64,000 bases of DNA from Lepidodermella squamata. Taxonomy: Eukaryota; Animalia; Gastrotricha. Position 1 is the stretch's first letter. Every line of letters starts with the position of its first letter. Below the pieces are notes generated by a model. It was not told where the DNA came from. It made no database searches and saw only the letters and a list, made by a program, of their open reading frames with translations. Shown one piece after another: positions 28,258 through 39,350 of this stretch. The position numbers were made by a program, and so were the translations under genes. The stretch lies in the NCBI GenBank assembly GCA_047495785.1, contig JBLDXI010000020.1, positions 2,604,001-2,668,000 of the forward strand, in the 5' to 3' direction.

Positions 28258-29235
28258 ATGGATTTGGGTCAACCTTGGTGGCAAAATGACCAGTTACCTG
28301 AAAATCATGCCGAACAAAGAGCTTTGAGCGCTGCTCTCAGTAACGACCCAGTCATTTTCGGGGGTCACGCCATGTCGCCTTTCTTTCCCTGTTTCTGGCC
28401 TGTCATTCGCAACTTCCCAGTCGAAGAAAGTGACGTAATTATTTCAAGTTTCCCAAAATCTGGTACAACATGGCTACAGCACATTGTCTGGCTAGTTACC
28501 ACGGGCGATTTCGAAACTAATGTCCCGATAGATAGACGCATTCCTTACATGGAATTTCCAAACCCGCCTGTTCCGAAGACTATACTTCAATTAGCTGAGC
28601 AGAAACCGCCTCGTCTGGTAAAAACTCACGTCCCATCTAAATTTTTGCCGATAAATTGGAGCAAGGGCAAGATAGTATACATCTATAGAAACATCAAGGA
28701 CGTCCTTGTATCCTATTATTTTATGATGCGAAATTTCGGCCGTGAAGGAACGTTGGACGACTTAGTTCGCAAATTTATAGCTGGAATTGGTAATTTTTTC
28801 CAATTTTAAGCTCATCCTGTTATGCTTTAATACAATTTTTCAGGTATCGGAACGCAACCTTACGGAGCCCACGTGGAAGGTTACATGGAACTGGCGAGCT
28901 CAAGCGATAAGGTCCTGATCCTTTGTTACGAAGACATGATGAAGGACCGCCGGGCTGGTATTGCTAAAGTTGCGAAATTTCTCGGCAAAGATTTGAGCGA
29001 GGAAATGTTGGACAAAATCTGCGAGGCATCATCTTTTGATGCGATGAAAGACAACGAAACTGTCAATTACAGTTGGCGCCGGTATGATATGATTAAGGAC
29101 TTCACGCCTTTCATTCGAAAAGGCAAGAGTGGAGGTTGGCGTGACCACTTTAATGATCCTGTTTTGCTGGCCGAGCTAGATGCATATCTCGCTAAAACTG
29201 TCAAGCCTGAAATTCTCGAGAAAACGGCGGTCTGA
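28258..29235 (+). CDS. Cytosolic sulfotransferase (SULT) copy 1
   Basis: Two exons. 5'-PSB SFPKSGTTW, catalytic KTH, 3'-PB YRNIKDVLVSYY and RKGKSGGWRDHF. Confidence 0.92.
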
Positions 29236-29738
29236 GAATATAAATTATCTTATTATTTATCCTATATTGTGAAAAAAATTGACTATTATTAATGGCATGA
29301 CCATAAAGAGTTGATGAAGTGGGTTGCCACACCCACGATTGTTTTATTGATTCACACCCCGAATAAACGCCTCCAATCATAAACTTTTTTGAAGTACGAG
29401 AGAGGATTCGCGGTTTGGCAGTGGCCTTCTTCAACTCCATCAGCTCTTGAAATTGGCATGGTTCTTGACAAAACATGAGCATTTTCACTTTGTCACTACC
29501 ACCTCAGCTCCCTGAGTTACAAATCTTGACTTTCGATCAGGCTTGAGATCCGGTTACTATCCAAGCAATTAGCATAATCAGGAATCCCCTTGCTCGACTA
29601 GGTTTAAATTGCAGAACTTTTAATGAGCAAAAGCCGATTTCGACCTTCGGAAAACAGGTTTTGTCTGAAGCTACCCTTGGTTACAATATAAACTCCACTT
29701 TGGTTTTCATGGTTTTGGATTCTCAGTAATTTTATATA

Positions 29739-30771
29739 ATATACGGAAGACAAGAAGGGTATATGGGTTTATAATCGCCTGAAGGCGATTTTAAACCCAT
29801 ATAACCTGATTGGCTTCCGTATATGTGTGTTATCCGGGTCGTATCGTAAAATTTTCAGGGTTACTAGTATTGTATGGTACACTCTCGCTGAATTTCTATT
29901 GATTTGATTTGAAATTAAAAGATCCAACTTAAAAAAATCATGAAATTTGTTTCTCGTTCATTTTTTTCTCGCATTCTTCATTTTGCGAGGTTTTGGTTTG
30001 TTTTTCACATCGAATTTCCCGCATTTCTCGCATGCTCAACAAATTGCTGCTACTGAATCACAAAATTGGGCTGTCGGACGCAAGATGGTTCTGCTCGGTT
30101 GGATTTGGATGGCTATCAATGCGACTTTCAAGCGACCCTTCGACTTTCAAACGAAAGGCTGCTATTTGCCATGGTGTCAGGAATCGCTCGATTTTCGAAC
30201 CATGCCGCTCTGTATCTTCTAGCTTTCAATGTCGCAATCGATGCCCTGTTGCGATTTCTCGGATTCTCGGATCCAATGCTGCCTGAGCTGTCTTCGATTT
30301 CATCCAAAGCTGGCCGATCGTTGCTTGATCCCCGCGACATCCTGGACGAATTCTGCTCAATTTCCGCGAAATTCTGGACGAGTTCTGCCCGATTTTGCGA
30401 ATCTCTGGACGAGTTCTGCCCGATTTTCACGAGCTCATGGCCAAGTGCTGTTCGATGGAGGTGAATGCTGCCCGATTTGATACCGGTCTCGCGCTTTTTC
30501 TTCCGGAGTTTGCCCAATTTTCACCCCATTTTTGTGATTTACAATAAAATCGTTTTGAAGTGTTGCTTGAACTTTTTTGGGTTTCTCTTGTGTGTTTGAC
30601 AAGTGGGGTTTTTGGTGATATTTTCTGGACAAGCGGGCATTTTTTGATATAAAAATATCAAAAAATGCCTGCCTGTTTAGAAAATATCAAAAAATCCCTG
30701 CTTGGAAGAAGGTTTTATGAGTTTATAATTCGGCCATTAAGAAGGCATATTTTACGATACGATCCGGATAA
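29739..30771. mobile_element. Hairpin-bearing non-autonomous element
   Basis: 23-bp inverted repeats at 29830-29852 and 30749-30771. Long palindromes at 29739-29824 and 30600-30704. No convincing ORF. Confidence 0.55.
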
Positions 30772-30934
30772 TTCACCGTACTTCACCACCCGCCTCGATG
30801 TTATCATTGAATCAAGAGTCTAAAAACAGTTATCTAGACATCGGTGTGCGGTTTATTTTGTTTTGATATAACCTGCAACTTCGCAAGGCAGCTTTTTTAC
30901 CCTAATATAATATTTCTTAGTTCTATAGCCAATC

Positions 30935-31904
30935 ATGAATTTTGGTCATTCTTGGTGGCAAAATGACCAGCTACCTGAAAATCAGGCCGAGCAAATGGCT
31001 TTAAGCGATGCTCTTAGCAAAGACCCAGTCATTTTCGGTGGCTACGCCATGTCCCCATTTTTCCCTTGTTTCTGGCCGATAATTCGCGACTTCCCAATAG
31101 ACCCGAGCGACGTAATTATCGCTAGTGTCCCGAAATCTGGCACGACCTGGCTACAACATATTGTCTGGCTGGTCATCACAGGCGATTTCGAAACCAAAGT
31201 CCCGATAGATACACGCATTCCTTACTTGGAATTTCCAAACCCACCTGTTCCGAAAACTGTGTTGAGGCTTGCAGAGCAGAAACCACCTCGTCTGATAAAA
31301 ACTCACGCTCCAGCTAAATTCCTGCCGTTAAATTGGCACAAGGCCAAAGTGATATACATCTATCGAAACATCAAGGACGTCCTTGTTTCTTACTATTTCA
31401 TGGCAAGAAACTTTGGCTTTGAAGGGACCTTCGAGGATTTGGTACGCAAATTTATGGCTGGAAACGGTAATTTTTCCCCAAAATATACTTCACCTTTAGC
31501 GCTTTTTTGCAGCTATGGAATCGCAACCTTACGGGCCTCATGTCGAAGGTTACATGGAACTGGCTCGATCGAGCGAGAAAGTGCTGATTCTTTGCTACGA
31601 AGACATGACGAAGGACCGCCGAGGTGGTATTGTTGAAATTGCGAAATTCCTCGGCAAAGATTTGAGCGGTGAGATGCTGGACAAAATCTACAACGATTCG
31701 TCTTTTGAAGCTATGAAAAAGAACGAAACTGTCAATTACAGTTGGAGCGGATATAATATGATCAAGGACGGCACGCCGTTCATCCGAAAAGGCAAGAGTG
31801 GAGGCTGGCGTGACCACTTTACTGATCCTGTTTTGCTGGCCGAGCTAGATGCCTATCTCGCTAAAACTGTAAAACCTGAAATTCTCGAAAAAACTGCAGT
31901 CTGA
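30935..31904 (+). CDS. Cytosolic sulfotransferase copy 2
   Basis: Motifs SVPKSGTTW, KTH, YRNIKD and RKGKSGGW; same phase-1 intron as copy 1. Confidence 0.92.
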
Positions 31905-32017
31905 GAATTTAGTTGATATTATTATTATTATTTTATTTTTTTATTATTTTATTTTAATTGACTTATTAATGGCATGAATTATGACCACAAAGAGCTTATT
32001 TTGCTTATTATGCTATG

Positions 32018-32060
32018 ACTGTCAAGCGTGAAATTCTCGAGAAAACTGCGGTCTGAGAAT
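32018..32060 (+). pseudogene. Relic 3' end of an additional SULT copy
   Basis: actgtcaagcgtgaaattctcgagaaaactgcggtctgagaatat closely matches the last codons, stop and UTR of SULT copy 1 (~29197-29241). Confidence 0.7.
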
Positions 32061-32333
32061 ATGATTACTTCATTAATTTTATAGCTTGACATTATGACCA
32101 TGTTGAATTTAATTTATTTGCATGTCACACGAACTATGTCCCATTATTTTATTGATTTACTGGTCTAATAAATCGAGCGGGAATTTTTTCCTCACAATCG
32201 CCAACATCCAGTTGTTTTTAGACAAGACGCGCGAAAAACTCAATTTTTCACCGCTTTCAATTCACATTATTTTATGCTTTTCCAACTCCTCATCATAAAC
32301 ATGAAATTATTGCGCAGGTGTGGGTAATCAATT

Positions 32334-32583
32334 AAAAATCACGAAATAGCGAACGACGGGGTGCCGAGACATCGCACCTGGAGTCTTGAATGATAAGAGT
32401 CACGAGAATTATAGGGCGCGGTAAGCGGCCGGCGAGCTGCGTGGTAAGCGAACTGTGTCCTGACCGCTCAAGTGAGCCTCGGCCCCCTGCGAGGCAGTGC
32501 GCGCCCGGCATGTGTGTCACGACAATTAACTCAAGTCACGGACACAATGCGCAATGCGCCCCTGTGACCCTGCGACTCCAGTC
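32334..32583 (-). ncRNA. Candidate structured non-coding RNA (unassigned)
   Basis: GC-rich island with nested helices that extend through G-U pairs only on the minus strand, then a 3' hairpin and a T5 tract. Confidence 0.3.
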
Positions 32584-33039
32584 ACTTAAAAACAAGTCTA
32601 ACAGACTACCCCGATATTTTTCATTATCCAAATAACTTCTCGGTCATGATAGATAGAGTTGCCAAATTGTCACTTAAATTGTCATCTATCAGTGAATTGT
32701 TATTTTGAGCATTTTAGCATTTTGATTTCAATTTCATAATCAGTTTCTGACTTAGAAACTGACAATAATTTCCCAATACTATAAAATAAATTTTACTAGA
32801 AAAATAAACTGGGTCTGGGGCGTAGCTAGAACCTTATACTTGGGCTATGCTTCATAAATTCGTCAAACATAGTACTTTTCCCTTGTCAAATCAAGTCGAA
32901 CCTTGGATCTATAGAGAAAGATATAACTATGTCTAGAATATAGATGAAGATTTCACTTTCTATTTAGAATTTAAAATTAGACTTAGTTGTGAAAAATGTG
33001 ACACTTGTACTGACATTATATCAGACATTTACAGCGTGT

Positions 33040-33580
33040 TGGTATCGTTTACCTTGGCGAATCTGCGAATTTCATCGACAGCCACAGCATCAGCTATAAT
33101 GAGAATGACGGCATTCACATTGCGCCCGGGTCGATTCTATGCATGGTGCACAGAAGGGAACTTTGCATTGTCAGCAATACACGACTGCTAATTGTACCCT
33201 CGGTGGTGATCACGACCGGCTGTCTCTCTCTAACTTATTCGATTAGTCTGAAGAATACATCAGGTGCTGGCTCATCGATAACTTTGACTCCTGATCGGTG
33301 TAACGACAGAAGACGACTATGGGCATTGCTTCATGGGCAAGGCAGACCAATCGCACAAGGAGCTTTCGTGTACTTGATGTAGTCTGGTCACAGTTCGCTG
33401 CATCTTTGCTCTGTTACCTCGACGTCCTTTGCGGTCAAGTTTTCAATCGGTTTTTCATCGGTCAAGTCGAACCGGCGCGTTGCCAAATCGATTCGAGGTA
33501 CTATGGTTACAACTTCTGCTGCTTCTTCCTCGTCATTCGATGATGATGACTCGTGCGACTCGTTGTTCGTTAGAATTTAG
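33040..33580 (-). pseudogene. Possible decayed coding fragment, unidentified
   Basis: One minus-strand frame reads like protein (SSSSNDEEEAAEVVTIVPRIDLATRRFDLTDEKPIENL...) but carries several in-frame stops. No family recognised. Confidence 0.25.
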
Positions 33581-34089
33581 AATTAGACTTTGAAACCTTG
33601 GTGTGAAAAATAATGCGGCAATTGTGCTTACATTATCAGCCTTATTAATTTCTAGTTATATGTGGGTTTTAAAAAATAGCTGTGCCTCTCTGAATTAGCA
33701 AGTTGCTCATGCTTTCGACGCAATAATGTCTCTATCTTGCATAAAAATTGCTGTTGATTCGATTTTGAAAATTATTTTGGCGCTCTATTTTACTCTGGAT
33801 GTGACACCTGTTTTTCTATAGAGTCCGAGGCGTTGAGTTTTTATGTCTCGCGTTAATTTGCTACATTGTCTACCGTTTAGTCGTGAATTTACGCGTATAA
33901 TGCGCCTGAAAATTAATTAAAATCTCCGACATCATTTTTCTATGTTATATTATGAAAAAATCTGCGTGTCTCAACGGCAAAGAATTAAATAAAAACGATA
34001 AAATTGAAAACATTTTCGCATTTCTCAGCAACAGTGGTATCAACAGCATTAGCAGAAATCAAGAGAAATCAGAGAGTACCTATCTCAGA

Positions 34090-34368
34090 CGAAATTTCCA
34101 AAATTTACCGGAAAACCCCCATGTAAGAGGTTTTGGTAATTATCAGTATTTACGCGATCGGACCAAATTCTCCGGACTTTTTTAATCCCATTAAATTAAT
34201 TAAATTAATCCCATCTAAAATGAGAGACAGAAGTCACATCTCATGGCCAGCAAAATTATAGAAAAATTCTTCAAAAAAAACGAGAAGGGTAATTTTCCTA
34301 TAATTTTGCTGGCCGTGAGATATGACTTCTGTCTCTCATTTTAGCTTTTCTGATTATGGGACACGCTG
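34090..34368. mobile_element. Partial family-B MITE with internal foldback
   Basis: Interior similar to 25540-25640. Ends ...TTATGGGACACGCTG|TA. Contains an inverted duplication at 34215-34344. Confidence 0.7.
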
Positions 34369-34898
34369 TAATATAAGCTCTGCTCTGATGGAATTTTCAT
34401 CTAATCGAATAAATAAAATTCAGCCTGAATTTTGTGGAGGATGTGGATAGTAATATCAGCCTCTTAATAATTCAGCGCAAAAATTGTTATCTCTCCCGAC
34501 TAAATACAGCCGCAGCTGCAATTTCCATGCCATATTACACACCCATTTTTGGAAAGCGTTTCAAAATCCGAACTATCAGGTGATACTATAGCGATTCAAT
34601 ATTTCTCGGATAAAATATTTATTTGCCAAAGCCACGCTGATCAGAAACAGATCTCGATTTACAATTAGCGGTACTTAAATAAACACGAAAATTCCGAAAA
34701 TCGGAAAATTCCTAACCGAAGAAAAAGGTTAGTGTCATTTCTCGCTAGTTTCAAGCCTCTTTTTATCAGTCATAAGCACACAGAGCTCGAAAAATGTTAT
34801 CTTGCGGTGTTGTTTGCTGTAATCGACAACTCGCAGTTTTATGAACAATATTATTCTTTCATAAGTTTACGAGTTAATTTTCCCTAATCCAACCATTC

Positions 34899-35876
34899 AT
34901 GGATTTCGGTCAACCTTGGTGGCAAAATGACCAGCTACCTGAAAATCATGCCGAACAAAGGGCCTTGAAAGCTGCTCTTAGTAGAGAACCGGTTATTTTT
35001 GGAGGTCATGCCATGTCATCGTTTTTCCCCTGCTTCTGGCCCGTAATTCGCAACTTCCCAATCGACCCGAGTGACTTGATTATTGCAAGTGTCCCAAAAT
35101 CTGGCACAACCTGGCTACAACACATTGTCTGGCTTGTTACGACCGGCGATTTCGAAACCAAAGTCCCGATAGATAGACGTATTCCTTATTTGGAATATCC
35201 TAACCCGCCTGTTCCGAAAACTGTACTTCAATTAGCTGAGCAGAAACCGCCTCGTGTGGTAAAAACTCACGTTCCGGCTAAATTTTTGCCGATAAATTGG
35301 CACAAGGCCAAATTGATATACATCTATCGAAACATCAAGGACGTTCTTGTATCCTATTATTTCATGATGAGAAATTTCGGCCTGGACGTACCGTTCGAAG
35401 ACTTGGTCCGAAAATACTTGACAGCAGGAAATGGTATAATTGTTAATTTCTTATTTTGAGGCTGCATCATAACAATTTTTGAAGCTATGGAAACACAACC
35501 TTACGGGCCTCACGTTGAGGGGTACTTGGAATTGGCGAGATCGAGCGATAAAATTCTAATTCTATGCTACGAAGACATGATGAAAGACCGCCGAGCTGGA
35601 ATTGTCAAAATCGCAAAATTCCTCGGCAAAGAGCTGAGCGACGAGATGATTGACAAAATCTACAACGACTCGTCGTTTGAAGCTATGAAAAAGAATGAAA
35701 CTGTCAATTACAGCTGGCGAGAGCAGGACTTGGTCGAGGGACATACTCCGTTTATTCGTAAGGGCAAAGCAGGAGGCTGGCGGGACCATTTCACCGATCC
35801 GGCTTTGCTGGCTGAATTCGACGCATATCTCGTTAGAACTGTTCCCAATGAAGTTCTTGAAAAAACATCAGTATGA
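34899..35876 (+). CDS. Cytosolic sulfotransferase copy 3
   Basis: Motifs SVPKSGTTW, KTH, YRNIKD and RKGKAGGW; conserved intron. Confidence 0.92.
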
Positions 35877-36235
35877 GACTTAGAAATGTTGAATTTTGAG
35901 TACTGAGCCCCAGAATTTCAAATGAAACAAAAAATGAAATTAAAATGAAAAAAGATCATGAGAAATTAGAACCAGGTAATGTACCCCAACAACTTACTGT
36001 AGAATTTAGTATCCGCTTTTTTCAGCGGTCTAAAATTGAATATTGAATGCAATCAGGCGTATTTTTTAGATTTCCTTCAGCTAAAATGATGAAATTTTCT
36101 TCTAAAAATTTCCGCAATCCAATCCAAGAATGTAAATTTAGCCCGAATTTCGAGACAAGTTGAGGATATCTTGGGACTAATAGGACTAATAGGAGGATGT
36201 ATTTGAAGTCTCTTGATAATTTAGCGTGAAACTGT

Positions 36236-37572
36236 GGCTGCATATCTAACCATCCGAACATAATATTCTTTCATCGTGACAAAATATCTGCGAACCATCC
36301 GAAAGATGTTTTTAGGGTCGAAACGCGAATTTTATCCGAAAATGTCTTTTATACATCCGAATATTAGTGATTGTGTCGCAATAAAAGGGGGCGCCATAAA
36401 AGTGCAGCGTGGCAGCCACGTGCAGAATAGAACAAGCCGGCCTGTGGAATCATTCGATATCATTCTTTCGATAATGGCTTTCGATAATGCAGTTAACATT
36501 ACCAAAATTGATTTTACTCGTGACTCTGTTTTTGAGTGCGAGCGATGTTCCTTACGTCGTCAACCCAGAATTGGAGGAGGAAGATGGTCGTCCGTTGTCG
36601 CCTTCAGGGGATGAATTTGATATATTCGAATCCCTGCAACCCGGGTTGTCATTCGTCGCCGCCAAGCAGTACATAAGGACGAACTACCCTGATTTGTGGG
36701 TCGATTCGACGCATCCTCACCCTCGGAACTCAGGCTTCACGGTTTATTATGTCTGCAGAATGCGAAAAAGTGGTGCGAAGATTTGCAAATACAAGGGCAC
36801 GCTGAATTACACCAACGAACAGGCTGTGTTTGTGGCCGGTGGCGAGCACAACCATCCGCTTGTAGACAAGGGCAAAGACGTGAAAAAGATATTTCCTCTA
36901 ATTATTTTTTTCGTAGTTTCATTGCTTAGTCCAACTTATGTGGGCTGATCTGCGAAGCACCGAACACGCCGCTGTTTACGAGGAATTTATTGCCTATTTC
37001 GAGGGTGTTTACGTCTATGGCCCATTGGCTTGTTGGTATGAGGGGGCTAACGAATTCAATCTGACCAACAATGGAGTCGAAGCCAAGAATAATGCACGCT
37101 GAAGTTACAGCTGTAGTTGCACCTAGTCGAGGTGGTGGTCGTGGTCGAGGTCGGGGTAGCCGGTCCGAGCCCGAGACAGCCCCAGCTGCCCGTGATGTTC
37201 TTGCTGCAGCTGTACGAACAACGCGCAGTACTCGATCGCAGGCTCAAGCCATGGCCCAACCTGTTGTCGCTGCTCAACCTATAGCCCCTATAGCCCCTAT
37301 AGCCCCAGTCGCAGTTCGAGGTGCACATGGGCGTGGACGCGGGCAAGGTCGTGGGGTTGCCGAGGCCGCCGTCCCTCCGGTGCGTCGTCCTCGGGGTCGA
37401 CCCCCAATTCGGCGTTGAGTTTATTACTGCGTCACGACGAGTAGAGATGTGAAGTGAAATAAATAATTAACGATGCAAAAAAGACTTTTTTAATTTTCGG
37501 ATACATCACGATGCTCGCATACATTTTGTTCGGAGTGAAAATATTATTATCCGGATGGTTAGATATTACCTC
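36236..37572 (+). mobile_element. Internally deleted Mutator (MULE) transposon
   Basis: TIRs ATATCTAACCATCCG.../...CGGATGGTTAGATAT with TSD GAAACTGT (36228-35 and 37573-80). Encodes a WRKY/FLYWCH-like finger (YYVC..C..HNH), the MULE catalytic-E segment WYEG..TNNGVEAKNN and a C-terminal AT-hook RRPRGRPP. Confidence 0.85.
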
Positions 37573-38090
37573 GAAACTGTTTATCTCTTCCGACTAAATA
37601 TAGACGCAGCAGAAGTTTCCAGGCTATCACACACCCTATAGCAAATATGACGCACTCTATCACAGGATAACGCACTCTTTGACCTACCTTGTCTGATAAC
37701 CCCTAATTCGACTCTATAGGAATAGCTGAAAGAGATAATGTTTATCGGGCAAATTTGAACATTTTTTTCAGTATTTTTTACATGGCTGCTACAACACTTT
37801 CCACTATTAGGATTCACTCTTTCTGAGTTTTTTTCACACTTGTGCGCCAGCTATATATTTCAAGAGGTGTTTATTAATTTATTATTTTATTATTTTATTG
37901 TTGGTATTAAGTGTTATTTTCACACTATTTAGTGTACCAAAAGGTGGTTTTTTATTCAGGTCTAAGACAGTAAATAAAAAACTATACTAATCAGGCGATG
38001 TTTATAAGCTTCCTCAAATGGCCGAAACCAGCAGTTTGGAAACATTTTCTCCTTCTTTTTCCCGCTAGAGTTTTGTCGTAAAAGTCAATA

Positions 38091-39265
38091 ATGGAAAAGT
38101 TTCGCGATTTGTGGCACAACAGTCTATTGTCACCTGTTCACGCCGAGCAGAGAGAATTAGCCGGCGTCCTAACCGATGACCACATCATCTACGGCGGCCA
38201 TGCTATGATGCCGTTTTTCCCCTGCTTCTGGCCTGTCATTCGCAACTTCCCAGTCGACCCGAGTGACGTCATCATCGCCAGTGTCCCAAAATCAGGCACA
38301 ACATGGCTACAACACATTGTCTGGCTGGTCATGACCGGCGATTTTGAGACTAAGGTCTCAATTGATCGGCGGATCCCGTTTCTCGAGTACCCGAACCCGC
38401 CTGTCCCGCAAACCGTGGTTGAACTAGCTGAACGCAAACCGCCTCGCCTCCTTAAAACGCATGCGGCATCTAAATTTTTGCCGACGAATTGGCACAAGGC
38501 CAAGCTGATTTACATCTATCGCAACGTCAAAGACGCTATGGTGTCGTTTTTCCACATGATCAAAAATTTCGGATATCCTGGAAATTTCGACGAATTTGTG
38601 CGGAAGTACCTTGATGACGGAAATGGTAATTTTATCCTGCAATGAATTTGATTTTTTTCAAAAATTTTCGAAAAATATCAAATTTCAAATATTAAAAAGT
38701 TTTTTAAATCTTCAAAATTATTTAAAATATTTTTCAAATTTCCAAATATTCAAAATTTTTTGAAATATTTTTGAAATACTTTTCAAATTTTCAAATATTC
38801 TCAAATATTTTTATCAACTTCATTCATCTGAATTATTCCATTTTTCTTAATTTTTTTCCTCAATTCTCAGTAATGGAGTCACAGCCGTACGGACCTCATG
38901 TTGAAGGCTACTTGGAACTCGAGAGAACCCACAAAGATCACGCGCTAACCTTGTGCTATGAGGACATGATGAAAGACCGCCGAGCCGGAATTGTCAAAAT
39001 CGCAAAATTCCTCGGCAAAGACCTGAGCGACGAAATGATAGACAAAATCTACAACGACTCGTCGTTCGAAGCTATGAAAAAGAATGAAACTGTCAACTAC
39101 AGCTGGCGAGAGTACGACATGGTCGAGGGACATACGCCGTTCATTAGACAGGGCAAGGCTGGAGGTTGGCGGGACTATTTCACCGATCCGGCTTTGCTGG
39201 CTGAATTCGATGCTTACCTTGCCAAAACTGTTGCGCCGAAAATTCTCGAAAAAACATCTGCCTAA
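38091..39265 (+). CDS. Cytosolic sulfotransferase copy 4 (most diverged; longer intron)
   Basis: Motifs SVPKSGTTW, KTH, YRNVKDAMVSFF and RQGKAGGW; intron ~38627-38870. Confidence 0.92.
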
Positions 39266-39350
39266 AAATGAAATTTTTGACTCAAAAACAATGCGACGTG
39301 ATTTTATTGCTAAATTTTAACGCAAAAATAAAATTGAAATCATGTTAGTT

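Noticed and set aside
29947-30632. Overlapping ORFs of up to 132 aa on both strands
   Set aside because: They arise from internal repeats (CTGGACGAGTTCTGCCCGATTTT) of a non-autonomous element and show no protein motif.
32445-32510. Minus-strand resemblance to Alu/7SL (GCCGGGCGCG..GGCCGAGGC..TCACTTGAG..GTCAGGA..GTTCG)
   Set aside because: It lacks the Alu-domain GGTGGC/TGTAR elements and the SRP helix-8 motif, and the spacing differs. Treated as coincidence within the unassigned structured region.
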